Shown here: piece after piece, positions 37,601 through 45,853 of the stretch | Position numbering within the stretch: the first letter of the stretch is position 1 | Layout of the letters: each line of letters starts with the position of its first letter | Virus record (IMG/VR): IMGVR_UViG_2778261184_000002 | Location: 1 to 48,639 of that record | DNA length: 48,639 bases | Source: a virus | Taxonomy: Duplodnaviria > Heunggongvirae > Uroviricota > Caudoviricetes | Reading direction: 5' to 3' (one strand) | Made by a program: the position numbers and the translations under genes | The notes under the pieces: model-generated | The model's database searches: none | Told to the model about the DNA's origin: nothing | What the model saw: the letters and a program-made list of their open reading frames with translations, nothing else

Positions 37601-40600
37601 ATCTGCCACTTTACCGCCAGCTACTTTTGGCAGGGCATCAGCAATAGCTTTTACCTTGTCTGCAAGCTCAACGGGGAACTGGAATGTAATCGCACTGGCA
37701 TACAGATCAGGATCTATAGCAACCTTATCCATGTCGCGGATGATGGAGAAGATGAAATCATCCGGTTTTTCGTTTGTGATATGCCCGTTTTCATCGACCG
37801 TCAGCGCATCTTTACTACTTAACTCCTGTGCACGCTTACGAAGTTCTTCGTAAATGGCCTCTTGCTCTCCTGTCATCGGGATCTGCAAGGTATTCTCGAC
37901 AATATCAGGGATTTTTACCGTCGCCCCGACGTCCGCAGCAGTCTTCAGAGTAGTCCAGCGATGGAAAATACCACGCAGACCATCCAGGTTCTGGAAGCCC
38001 ACCAGTCCCTGCTTCTCTTCCACCTCACCGGAAATTTTCTGAACCTGAACTGTGGCTGTTTTACCGAACACGCGAACGAAATCATCCGGCGTAACAATAC
38101 CCATGCGCATCCACTCTTCCTGCGGAATGACAGTAGACAGCATGTTGAAAGCATCAATCGGGCTGTTCACCAGCGGTGTTGCCGTCAGCATAACCACACC
38201 ACGCCCGTTGTTGCGTTTCATCATGTACGCAGCTTTTACAGCCATGTCGCGGGCCATTTTGGATACTGCCGGGTTAGGCAAATATGCCAGTTGCCCCGCT
38301 TCGCGCCCGGCGCTAAAGGAGTTGCGGTAGTTATGCCCTTCGTCGGCAATTACGCTATCGAAGTTCATATCCTCAAAATACGGGATATTCTGCTTCTTCG
38401 TTGTACCGGTATTTGCGGCCTGGTCCTTAATCTTGTTCTTCTTCTGCGCGTCACGGTGTTTGCCAGATGCCAGGTCAAGACGCCCCATTTCCACAGCATT
38501 AAAGACCGCTTGCTGTGAGTTTTCCTCAATGGTTTCTTCTCGTAGCGGGATAGACGCGAATTGCTCTTTTGTCATGATGACCGTTCGCCAATTTGACGAC
38601 GGGATCATGTTCATGCGCTGAACGATAACGGCGCTGGCGGACTCTTTCACAACATTTCGGGTAAGAGCCTGCCCGTTACTGTCGAGGCGTGGTTCGCCAT
38701 TTTCATCAAGCACCGGCGCGGTCAGAATATTTCCGCTGTCATCACGAACTTCATCCAAACCGATAAACATCATATTGGCGAAGGCATCAGCACTGTAGAA
38801 ACTCTGTGCCTCGTGATACCAGTTCTGATAAACCGCCTTCGGAACAACAATACACGTGCGTTTAGTGCGACCTGTTTCGAAGTTATACGCCTCAAGCGCA
38901 AGCGCGGTCGTGGTTTTACCCAGCCCGGTGCCAAATCCCATGATGCCGCGCCCATCTTCTGATAAGCGACGAACTTCTTCATTCTGATAAGTCAGAGGAA
39001 TGCGCTTCCCACTAATCCCCTCCAGGCCAAGCGGTGCGTCAGAATGCGTAAACGGGATGAAGCCATTAAATGCGTCGTTATAGTCGCGGGCTATCTGATC
39101 AGCCTGCGGGTGAGTGCGTAACCAGTCGTTGAAGCTAATTTCCAGTTGAGCAATCTTATCCAGGTACTCGTTAGCGTTCTGCCCACGCGGTTTAATGCCG
39201 TTCAGGTAGTTTTCTAACTGGTTCAGGAAGCCGTCTTTATTGTTGGCCTTCTTGAACTCATTCCCGTTTTTGCCGTTTACGGTTCGTAGTTGATAGCCAG
39301 TAAATACCCCGTCCTTACCTTCGTAATCGTCCGGAGATACCAGAATGCCGTCCTCAACCTTAAGGTCGGGTTCTGTATACTTAAACTCGTCATAGCCCTG
39401 CTCTGCCAGGAACTCTTTTATCAAGCGGCGATCCAGCCAGCGGGCGTTCAGATTAACGGTGACTTTATTTAGTGGCGTGAAAATGCGTTTCTCTTCGATT
39501 TTCGCCAACTGACGCTCAAAGTTCGCTTTCTGCTCACCTGTTGACGCATCACGCCAGCCCACCAGCAATGCTGTTTTGGTTGCAATATCGCCGCTGGTGG
39601 CGCGGTCCATCGGCAGCAGGCAGCCATACCCATCAATAGCGATATCATCAAATTTCGCCAGGTATTCCAGAGCAGCATCGTCGTCTCCTGGCAGTTCGCC
39701 AGCAAACGCCTCACGAAAATCGTCCAGTGTGATTGGATTAAGTGCCACGTCACTGAAAAGGTGGGTTACAACTTGTTCCGGGCGTGTAAAGTCAATACCG
39801 GCAGCACCATCCGTTACATCAAGTCGTCCAGCAAGGAGGTCAGAAGCAGAGCCGTCCTGTTTCACGTTGCCAGTGAAAGTCATCCAGTTTTTAGCGCCAG
39901 CTTCAGCAATCCCATTCAGCTTAATCGCGTGCGGCGGACCATACTTCGCAATTTCGGCTTCCGCCAGGCGCGCGGCATCAGCAAGTACATCATCAACATT
40001 TTCCCCCAGATTACGCTTATCAAGCGCCTTGTTGATCAACTGCCCTATCAGTGCGCCGCGCATAACGCGTTCTCTGTCTTTTTCTCTCTGCTTGCCAGCA
40101 AAGCGAATCATTGCCGCTACTTCATCACTGATAACCGATGGATAGTCGGACGCGATCGCCGATATCTGGTCCCATGACAACGCCAGAATGCCATTTGTTG
40201 ACTGAAACGCGATCTGCAGATCACCAAACGTCGTAACACCATATCGATTTACATCAAGCGCGGAGGATTTGGTTGTCGCGTCCTTGACCCATTTCAGACC
40301 ATCAAACTCATGCCAGATGCCGCCTACAAGGCGTTTATCGCCCACTTTCGCGCCCTGCCATGCCTGAGTAGTTACGCCAAGCAAATCCCAATTAATGCGG
40401 CTTTCAAAGCGGCGCGATAGAGCGGTTTTCATCGACTCATTGGATACACGACCGTCCTTTTTCACCACCAGGGTATTGCGGAAGCTGGTACGCTCCATAT
40501 CGCCGTAAACAAATCGCTTCCCTTCGGTTGTAAACCATTTTCCTTTGAGGAAGGTATCCCAAAGGACGTTTGCCGATTTGAGCGTTGCATCATCCGTGTC

Positions 40601-41467
40601 GGGGATCATCTCCAGGAAGGTTTCCGGGTGTTTACGCAATACCCATACGTCCACCACGGTATCTGTACCGGATTCGCTGAACGTACCAGAAGGCATACGA
40701 TGTGCGCCCAAAAATTCCGCTTTACGGCTGACTTTATCGCGCAATTTTTTGTATTTCGTACCATCGGTCATGCCATTCGGCACCACCAATACAATTAGTC
40801 CACCAGGTTTAACCTTGTCGATCGTGCGCAACACAAAGTAATTGCCAACGTTCTTCTCGTTTGCATATGCCGGATCAAGCCCGGCAACGCCGGAACGCCC
40901 TTCACCAAACGGTACGTTACCAACAGCGTGGTCATACATTGCGTCTTTCGCCGCCAGCGCCTCAAACGCCCCGATATTCACATCGTCTTCCGGGTGCAAA
41001 AGCTGGTTTATTCGACCGGAAATCGGAGACAGTTCGGCGCTGGTCATTATCATGCCCTGCCGTTTTGTCTCCTGGAAAATACCTGTGCCCGCTGATGGTT
41101 CCAGTACGTGCCCACCATCAATACCGTAGTCAGCAAACAGATCCCATATACCTTCAGCCATAAACTGTGGCGTGTAGTATTCGTATTGGCTGCCCTCACC
41201 ATCTGTCAGGCCGCCCTCACCGGTATACCCGGCAAGAATCTGACGTTGTTCGTCAGTTAATTTCGCCCCATCGAAGCCGGGCGGAAGGGAATTAAGAAGA
41301 TTTACTGCGGCATTGTTTGCTGCCCGGCGTGTTTTCTGAATACTGACGCCATCGGCTTTCCTGACGCCAAAGGTCGCAACAGCACGTAATTTATGCAACC
41401 GACTAACAATTTCAATCAGTTCGCCTAAGCTGGAGGCTTCACTGATTGAATGAAGTAGTTTGTCCAA
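34628..41467 (-). CDS. darB: DarB-like giant protein: N-terminal N6-adenine methyltransferase-like domain plus SF2 (DEAH/SNF2-type) helicase core
   Basis: 2279 aa; MTase motif I LEPSAGTGIF and motif IV-like GNVPFG; helicase Walker A GFGTGLGKTT, DEGH box (VIADEGHNY), motif VI QRNGRGARVG; apparent TTG start with GAGGGGG RBS. Confidence 0.8.
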   Translation of the reverse strand: MDKLLHSISEASSLGELIEIVSRLHKLRAVATFGVRKADGVSIQKTRRAANNAAVNLLNSLPPGFDGAKLTDEQRQILAGYTGEGGLTDGEGSQYEYYTPQFMAEGIWDLFADYGIDGGHVLEPSAGTGIFQETKRQGMIMTSAELSPISGRINQLLHPEDDVNIGAFEALAAKDAMYDHAVGNVPFGEGRSGVAGLDPAYANEKNVGNYFVLRTIDKVKPGGLIVLVVPNGMTDGTKYKKLRDKVSRKAEFLGAHRMPSGTFSESGTDTVVDVWVLRKHPETFLEMIPDTDDATLKSANVLWDTFLKGKWFTTEGKRFVYGDMERTSFRNTLVVKKDGRVSNESMKTALSRRFESRINWDLLGVTTQAWQGAKVGDKRLVGGIWHEFDGLKWVKDATTKSSALDVNRYGVTTFGDLQIAFQSTNGILALSWDQISAIASDYPSVISDEVAAMIRFAGKQREKDRERVMRGALIGQLINKALDKRNLGENVDDVLADAARLAEAEIAKYGPPHAIKLNGIAEAGAKNWMTFTGNVKQDGSASDLLAGRLDVTDGAAGIDFTRPEQVVTHLFSDVALNPITLDDFREAFAGELPGDDDAALEYLAKFDDIAIDGYGCLLPMDRATSGDIATKTALLVGWRDASTGEQKANFERQLAKIEEKRIFTPLNKVTVNLNARWLDRRLIKEFLAEQGYDEFKYTEPDLKVEDGILVSPDDYEGKDGVFTGYQLRTVNGKNGNEFKKANNKDGFLNQLENYLNGIKPRGQNANEYLDKIAQLEISFNDWLRTHPQADQIARDYNDAFNGFIPFTHSDAPLGLEGISGKRIPLTYQNEEVRRLSEDGRGIMGFGTGLGKTTTALALEAYNFETGRTKRTCIVVPKAVYQNWYHEAQSFYSADAFANMMFIGLDEVRDDSGNILTAPVLDENGEPRLDSNGQALTRNVVKESASAVIVQRMNMIPSSNWRTVIMTKEQFASIPLREETIEENSQQAVFNAVEMGRLDLASGKHRDAQKKNKIKDQAANTGTTKKQNIPYFEDMNFDSVIADEGHNYRNSFSAGREAGQLAYLPNPAVSKMARDMAVKAAYMMKRNNGRGVVMLTATPLVNSPIDAFNMLSTVIPQEEWMRMGIVTPDDFVRVFGKTATVQVQKISGEVEEKQGLVGFQNLDGLRGIFHRWTTLKTAADVGATVKIPDIVENTLQIPMTGEQEAIYEELRKRAQELSSKDALTVDENGHITNEKPDDFIFSIIRDMDKVAIDPDLYASAITFQFPVELADKVKAIADALPKVAGGKVADDADEAEEDGAGGLVSTRTSKVVKTTFSEHPSHVEIRAGIELEAEILKAIAAAGIDMQQVSHPIPPKYAALIENLREGLKNGKQIVFIDEKAQHQKLRRIIASALQMPEQEIGIINATTVSQAGGVKLKKVNKPTEPTPNKNGEYKEGAWETYYSKLAQYEDYLSAKNDAGLEGMEGIAADYNEGRTRIIICNKKAEVGINLHIGTTDIHHLTLPWTPASIDQRNGRGARVGSPQEKVNVHYYCGKGTFDDFRLDTLKRKKDWINMVMTSDMSEIANGDADDADERAIMLAANPEERRAIMTRQAQEREERLKLKALREANNALDNYLKAANAAGKDIGMMETELKSAMEQVEHYQRNLDDLIKAGTNRNGQKYVLEQLRDYRKRVRELRFAITRAKDADTVMKRSRGDLERAIKAGVLELDADVLQNPQEYVRTEKNILLHKGSHYRAIIDENHNTTAIVRVTAIDAERGGCTCRISWLDVASRYSRSPGTALFLPFNLIIESVTFEEGVAESRETAARGVQCHQLSTTLTRDQFYDAIRNGVMNVTAGKPGRVWGGGSAIKYWAYRTDDGQIALSSAYDGVIGQKIGRASDIAPERWIYPDGNDEALKREVAKIQASDNPLNVVDGEGFLQALYGYDYIQGMQAWGSQATMDDVSQEFENWMAGRGLSGRSLNKVTSEDILSLFRKPSGEGLESFWKTVVAYRLFQGRMKAFSNTDDIERMFNQVKAAKITAKIEKTRAALVAWRDALFEQYKSLSDADGWSALEQLANNGVDGAKLAIVQADNPLDSPAAQWIKVGAVINAFDEKHISKDDFADAVSVNRLVEMATRRARELKDGDYVNELPDALKSATWQDYVSLKNGGATESEIAERLEQAESKREEQAAVAEARADEAANDDYIIVVNDKPIRAKARVRGRWWSVSEDVGAVYLIADQPGSSTIRNAKDAIKKIGGRFWNFEANPVADVNFDRPAWMVSTRYSVDELRKIIADAA

Positions 41468-41560
41468 AGGATTTCCCCCTCTAAACCGTAAAAAATTCCG
41501 CTATGCGGTACGGTTGAGAGGGTATGGAGAATGTTATTTTCAGGGGGACGATACTACCGT

Positions 41561-41574
41561 CAAAATCACATACT
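41561..41574 (+). promoter_or_regulatory. Candidate late-promoter element CAAAATCACATACT
   Basis: 44 bp upstream of CHAP-hydrolase ATG; near-identical element (CAAATCACATACT) 41 bp upstream of the portal-like gene on the minus strand (47578-47590). Confidence 0.3.
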
Positions 41575-41618
41575 CCCCATAGTTTGCCTACTTATTAACC
41601 CATGACCGGGAGAAAAAT

Positions 41619-42104
41619 ATGGCAAACATTGAACCTCGCTGGCTAATTGAAGCCCGTAAGCACATTGGCCTGACTGAAATAAAAGGCGCTAAACACAACC
41701 CTGAAATCGTTCAGTTCTGGCGCGACATCAAGCGCGGCGGAATTAAAGACGATGAAACGCCGTGGTGCGCAGCATTTGTCGGTGCAATGCTGGAACGTGT
41801 AGGCATCCGCTCAACAAGATTTGAGTCGGCAAAATCCTATCTGGATTGGGGCGAGAAATTAGATACACCGGCATACGGATGTATCGTTGTATTTACCCGC
41901 GTAGGCGGTGGGCACGTAGGCTTCGTTGTCGGACGCCGTGCCAATGGCGATCTGCTTGTCCTGGGTGGGAACCAGGGGGATGCTGTTAATATTCGCGCAT
42001 TCCCAACATCAAGAGTGTCTGGCTATCGCTGGCCTGCTGGCGAACCACGCAATACCGCTCTGTTACCAGTCGGAGACGCAGCAACCTCAACTAATGAGGC
42101 ATGA
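41619..42104 (+). CDS. CHAP/NlpC-P60-type cell-wall hydrolase (endolysin-like)
   Basis: 161 aa; catalytic-Cys context PWCAAFVGAML and His context GGHVGFVVG. Confidence 0.6.
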   Translation: MANIEPRWLIEARKHIGLTEIKGAKHNPEIVQFWRDIKRGGIKDDETPWCAAFVGAMLERVGIRSTRFESAKSYLDWGEKLDTPAYGCIVVFTRVGGGHVGFVVGRRANGDLLVLGGNQGDAVNIRAFPTSRVSGYRWPAGEPRNTALLPVGDAATSTNEA

Positions 42105-42131
42105 AAAAAGCCCCGGCCAGGCCGGGGCATC
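42104..42131 (-). terminator. Rho-independent terminator (minus strand)
   Basis: GCCCCGGCC-ag-GCCGGGGC hairpin followed on the minus strand by T6. Confidence 0.6.
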
Positions 42132-42136
42132 ACGCT

Positions 42137-42337
42137 TCAATTCACGATCCAATCATTACCGACTATATCAGCCGTCGATAAATCAACTTCCCGGATCTGG
42201 AGTCCATTAATACAAAACCATCCGGTAGTAGAGTAATTATCAGGCCAGGCCCATACACCAACACTCCATGCTTTACGGCGGCACACTTCAGCCTGTCCTT
42301 CCCTGATTTTTTTTACCGCCTGCATGATGTCCATCAC
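42137..42337 (-). CDS. DUF2829-like small protein
   Basis: 66 aa; VCRRKAWSVGVWAW ... NDWIVN. Confidence 0.5.
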   Translation of the reverse strand: MMDIMQAVKKIREGQAEVCRRKAWSVGVWAWPDNYSTTGWFCINGLQIREVDLSTADIVGNDWIVN

Positions 42338-43040
42338 TCACCTCCCCAACCGATCACCTGGAATTGCCCCATTTTGGGGTGATACCAGCGTTTTCCTCGG
42401 TGTTCAGCCTCCGACATCATCCGGTTAAAAGCATTCATGAAGGGAGATAAGGCCACGATGGAACGACGCAACAATACCCCCTCTGGAGTTAAAAACTCAT
42501 GTGTATCGGTGGGGATCCGGTAAGCGTTAACCAGGTTGCGACATTTGGCTTCGGTCAGGCCGCATTTTGCCGCCAGCTGGCGGTAGCCAATGTAACCTTC
42601 CGGCATGTTGCCCTTCTTGATTTGCTCGACGGTTTCTACCACCTGGCTAACCTTTGACTCAACAACATGAAGCCGCTTTTGCTGCTGAACTGCATTTGCA
42701 GCCATTGCGGCGATCATCTCTATTTCGGTCAACGGCTGGCGTGCTTGTTCTTCCAGTTCGCGCCAGCGGTCCACCAGCCGGGCAGTAAACTCAGGACAAA
42801 GCTGTGCGACTACAATGATACTGTCTCGTTTGCCTTGCTCGTCGCTAAATCGGAACACCTGAATTAATCGAGAACGCCCCATTACATCTATTTTTGGTTC
42901 ATCCTCAATTTGAGGACGAACAATAACGCCGGATTCGGCTAATGTTTCAATGGTACGCTTCACATTGTCATGACGTTTTCCCACCAGCTCCGCGATCTCA
43001 ATGCTGGTCATTGATGGCTTTTCAAGAATGCAGATATCCA
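42334..43040 (-). CDS. Rha-family phage regulatory protein (antirepressor candidate)
   Basis: N-terminal TSIEIAELVGKRHDNVKRTIETL signature; start placed at ATG 43040, abutting icd-like stop. Confidence 0.6.
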
Positions 43041-43265
43041 TCAGTGTGCCTCCGCAATTCCGGGATTGGTAATATTGCGATACCAAGGATTAGTGTTTGG
43101 TTGTGATGAAGTAGAGAAACGGCCAGTCAGGACGCCATGTTGATCAGGGATCAGAGAACGGGCTTCTTTTTCAGTTGCGGCAATTGCGAAGTGATCGCAG
43201 TGTTTTTGCAGGGAGTGGAAACGCCAGATGAATTCTGGACGTGAGCAAGGATTGGCATTAACCAT
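43041..43265 (-). CDS. icd: Icd-like small protein
   Basis: EFIWRF...AIAATEKEARSLIP signature; followed directly by Rha/Ant-like gene, as icd-ant in P1 immI. Confidence 0.55.
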   Translation of the reverse strand: MVNANPCSRPEFIWRFHSLQKHCDHFAIAATEKEARSLIPDQHGVLTGRFSTSSQPNTNPWYRNITNPGIAEAH

Positions 43266-43267
43266 AG

Positions 43268-43400
43268 TTACGGCCTCACTAACAGGTTTAACAACCTGCT
43301 ACCCGCTGTCAAACAGGTGGCAGGACGTGACAGGGTTGACAGACTGGCGTTAGTGAAACCAGCAGGCCGAAGCCTCCCCATCACGCCCCACCATAATTCG
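43268..43400 (-). ncRNA. Candidate c4-like antisense/structured RNA region upstream of icd
   Basis: Nested inverted repeats (CCTCACTAAC/GTTAGTGAAA; CTGTCAA/TTGACAG; CAGGTGG) between operator-like site and icd start. Confidence 0.3.
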
Positions 43401-43594
43401 GGCGTAACGCGGTTTACGGACACAAAAATACCGCAATATCGGAAATCTGCGGTTGTCCGCACTAACATTCAGGCTGTCAAACCTGGTCGCAGAATTTGCT
43501 ACGACGGCATGAATATAAGCCTGAAAACATGGAAGATCAACTAAAAATTTCAGCAATGGATGACTTCAGTCGATGATGCAGATCATACATTCCG

Positions 43595-43624
43595 ATTTAG
43601 AAACGGCAAATTAATTTTCTAACA
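43595..43624 (-). promoter_or_regulatory. 30-bp composite operator-like site (TGTTAGAAAATTAATT-N7-TCTAAAT on minus strand)
   Basis: Upstream of the c4-like/icd/ant module, analogous to P1 Op51. Confidence 0.5.
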
Positions 43625-43678
43625 CAAAATGTCGAGCGAGCATTTTCCGATCATTGGGATGTTTTGTAGACGCACAGG

Positions 43679-44641
43679 TCATCCCCTAAAGCCAGCCGGG
43701 ATTGACCAATCCTCACGGTCAAATTCAGACCGATAGCCACGCTGTTTCATCAGGTCAAAGGCTTCACCAATGGTTGCACACCCCTGGGAGCCAGAATAAT
43801 CCATTGAGAAATCCAGGGCACTGGATTGTTTAGGCTTATTCACTGCGGTAGCGGCACTACGTATCCATGCAAATTTTTTTGCCAGCTTTTCAGCGGTACG
43901 ATACAGAGCCTGCCGTTTTGTGTGCCCCTCGTCTGAACGACGCTTTGCAGCTCTCGCTTTTGCCGCCGCCAGGCAGTGGTTGGTCTGTTCTTCCCTGATT
44001 ACTGTTTTTTTATCCAGTACCCCGTTATCCGTTTGAGAACTATCTGCTGGTGAAGCCTTTGGCTGAACCGCGCATGATCTTTCTCTTCTTTTGGCTATAG
44101 AGTGACTCTTATTTTCTATTGGCTGTTCATTTTGAACATGGGGGGACTTGTTCAATTTGAACAGGGGGTTCCCAGTTTCAAAAAAATAACGAACCTTTGA
44201 AATCAACTGCTTAACCAGTTTTGTGGCGTTGGCAAATTTGATGCCCTGCTTACCCCCTATCTCCATTGCTACATGAATGAAGTGGAGAAATAGTGTCGTA
44301 AACCGATATACGTTACACACCTGGGCATTGTTATTCGCTACCTGATGTTGCTTAACAAGCATTCCGCACTTCGTCGCTTCAGCAAATGCCCGGCGTACAG
44401 TAGAAATACTGCGTCCTGTAATCTCGGACATATCAGCATATGAGCGACGGATCATGTATTCATCGGTAGACCCTGCCAGGTTGGCGAACTCGGCAATAAT
44501 GGCGCTATGTGAAGGGGAAAGAAGACCGCTATGACGAGCAAAAAAACTCAACTGATGACCTTTGATTTTTTTGTGGTATTCAGTGTTGTTTTTATACTCA
44601 GAAGTGTTGAAAGTTACTGAAACTGAATTTAAAATATTCAT
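43679..44641 (-). CDS. Hypothetical HTH-containing protein
   Basis: 320 aa; HTH-like MSEITGRSISTVRRAFAEATKCGML. Confidence 0.45.
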   Translation of the reverse strand: MNILNSVSVTFNTSEYKNNTEYHKKIKGHQLSFFARHSGLLSPSHSAIIAEFANLAGSTDEYMIRRSYADMSEITGRSISTVRRAFAEATKCGMLVKQHQVANNNAQVCNVYRFTTLFLHFIHVAMEIGGKQGIKFANATKLVKQLISKVRYFFETGNPLFKLNKSPHVQNEQPIENKSHSIAKRRERSCAVQPKASPADSSQTDNGVLDKKTVIREEQTNHCLAAAKARAAKRRSDEGHTKRQALYRTAEKLAKKFAWIRSAATAVNKPKQSSALDFSMDYSGSQGCATIGEAFDLMKQRGYRSEFDREDWSIPAGFRG

Positions 44642-44814
44642 CAGATAGTTCCGTGCAAAAATCTATCTACCGTATAAATCTATGCCAGTGGATTTATACA
44701 CCAAAAAGCCGCTTCTCAGCGGCTTTTGCTTTTTTTGGCAGTCGCTACCGGAGCAGTGACCGCGATCCTACTCGATCACATCGGACAGGATCAACAGTGT
44801 ATATAAATACACTA

Positions 44815-44831
44815 TGTTAGAAATTTAATTT
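44815..44831 (+). promoter_or_regulatory. Operator-like motif copy (TGTTAGAAATTTAATTT) preceded by near-palindrome AGTGTATATAAATACACT
   Basis: Intergenic between pro-like and the 320-aa gene. Confidence 0.4.
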
Positions 44832-44841
44832 CATGCAGCGG

Positions 44842-45840
44842 TTATCCCCGTCGCGAAACGAAGAGTAATGGGGTAGTATTTTTGCTCTCCTTCGGCGATA
44901 ACTCCGGCTCTTTCTTGCCTGATATCGGCAAGCCATAAGTCGCATTTGCCCCCAGAGATTCAAGCATCGCAGCCACTATGCGAGCATCATCTTCAGACTG
45001 CATACGGCAGAGCGCCCGACGCTGTTCTGCGCTGATAAAAACAGGCAGCTCCTGGATAGCATCACGCAAAATCCTACGGCATTTCTTCGCATCTTCGCCC
45101 TGGCTTTCCATCATTGCGGCCTGGTTGCGTAATTTGTCGCGAAGTTGCATATTTTCCACTTCAAGGAGCATCAATTCTGACTCAAGGGCTTCACGCTGTG
45201 CTGACTCGAAAATAGCCTGCTGATTCTTCATTGCTGAAAAGTGGTGAACAAGATCCGTAGCCGCGTTATCGGTAAAACCTTGTTCGATAAGTGCCGCATG
45301 AATAGCCGCGTCGCGCTCTTCTGCTGATTCCAGCATCAGACTTTTCTTGTCGAGGCTGATATAGTTAGGCACAGTTACGTAATCAAAGCCGTGGAAAGAC
45401 TTTACCAGGGATACCGATGAATCTGGACCAGATGTAGCCCACGACCAACCACCAGCACCAGAGTTAATCATGCCCTGAACAATACGCCCGGTGTCTGTAT
45501 CCAGTATTTCCTGCGTATGAGTAACAATGCCGTTGTCGTCAATCGAAATGTCGATAGTCCTGTTTGACGGCACGTTCTCCAATACAACAGGCTTCCCATC
45601 TACCATCACAACAGAGACTTCCGGCAAGTTCAGGCTTTTCGTTTTGTTATAGTGCATCGCCCGGCGACCATGACCGTAATAACCATACATCTCACCCAGC
45701 GCGATACGCTCTTTTGTTTCTGGCGAGTTGAATGTGTCTCGTACCGACTGAATGACGTAATTTCGGTTGTTCTGCGGTGTGTGTTTGCGGATTTTCTCTA
45801 CCAGGGAGAAGCGATCCGTAACAGTATTCAGTGATTGCAT
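44842..45840 (-). CDS. Head morphogenesis protein (Pro-like protease/scaffold candidate)
   Basis: 332 aa; follows portal-like gene by 14 nt; C-terminal coiled coil. Functional call by synteny only. Confidence 0.35.
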   Translation of the reverse strand: MQSLNTVTDRFSLVEKIRKHTPQNNRNYVIQSVRDTFNSPETKERIALGEMYGYYGHGRRAMHYNKTKSLNLPEVSVVMVDGKPVVLENVPSNRTIDISIDDNGIVTHTQEILDTDTGRIVQGMINSGAGGWSWATSGPDSSVSLVKSFHGFDYVTVPNYISLDKKSLMLESAEERDAAIHAALIEQGFTDNAATDLVHHFSAMKNQQAIFESAQREALESELMLLEVENMQLRDKLRNQAAMMESQGEDAKKCRRILRDAIQELPVFISAEQRRALCRMQSEDDARIVAAMLESLGANATYGLPISGKKEPELSPKESKNTTPLLFVSRRG

Positions 45841-45853
45841 TATTTCCCTCCGG

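Noticed and set aside
35445-40177. Plus-strand ORFs (up to 228 aa) inside the DarB-like gene
   Set aside because: Antisense to a strongly supported 2279-aa coding frame; low-complexity S/A/R-rich translations typical of shadow ORFs.
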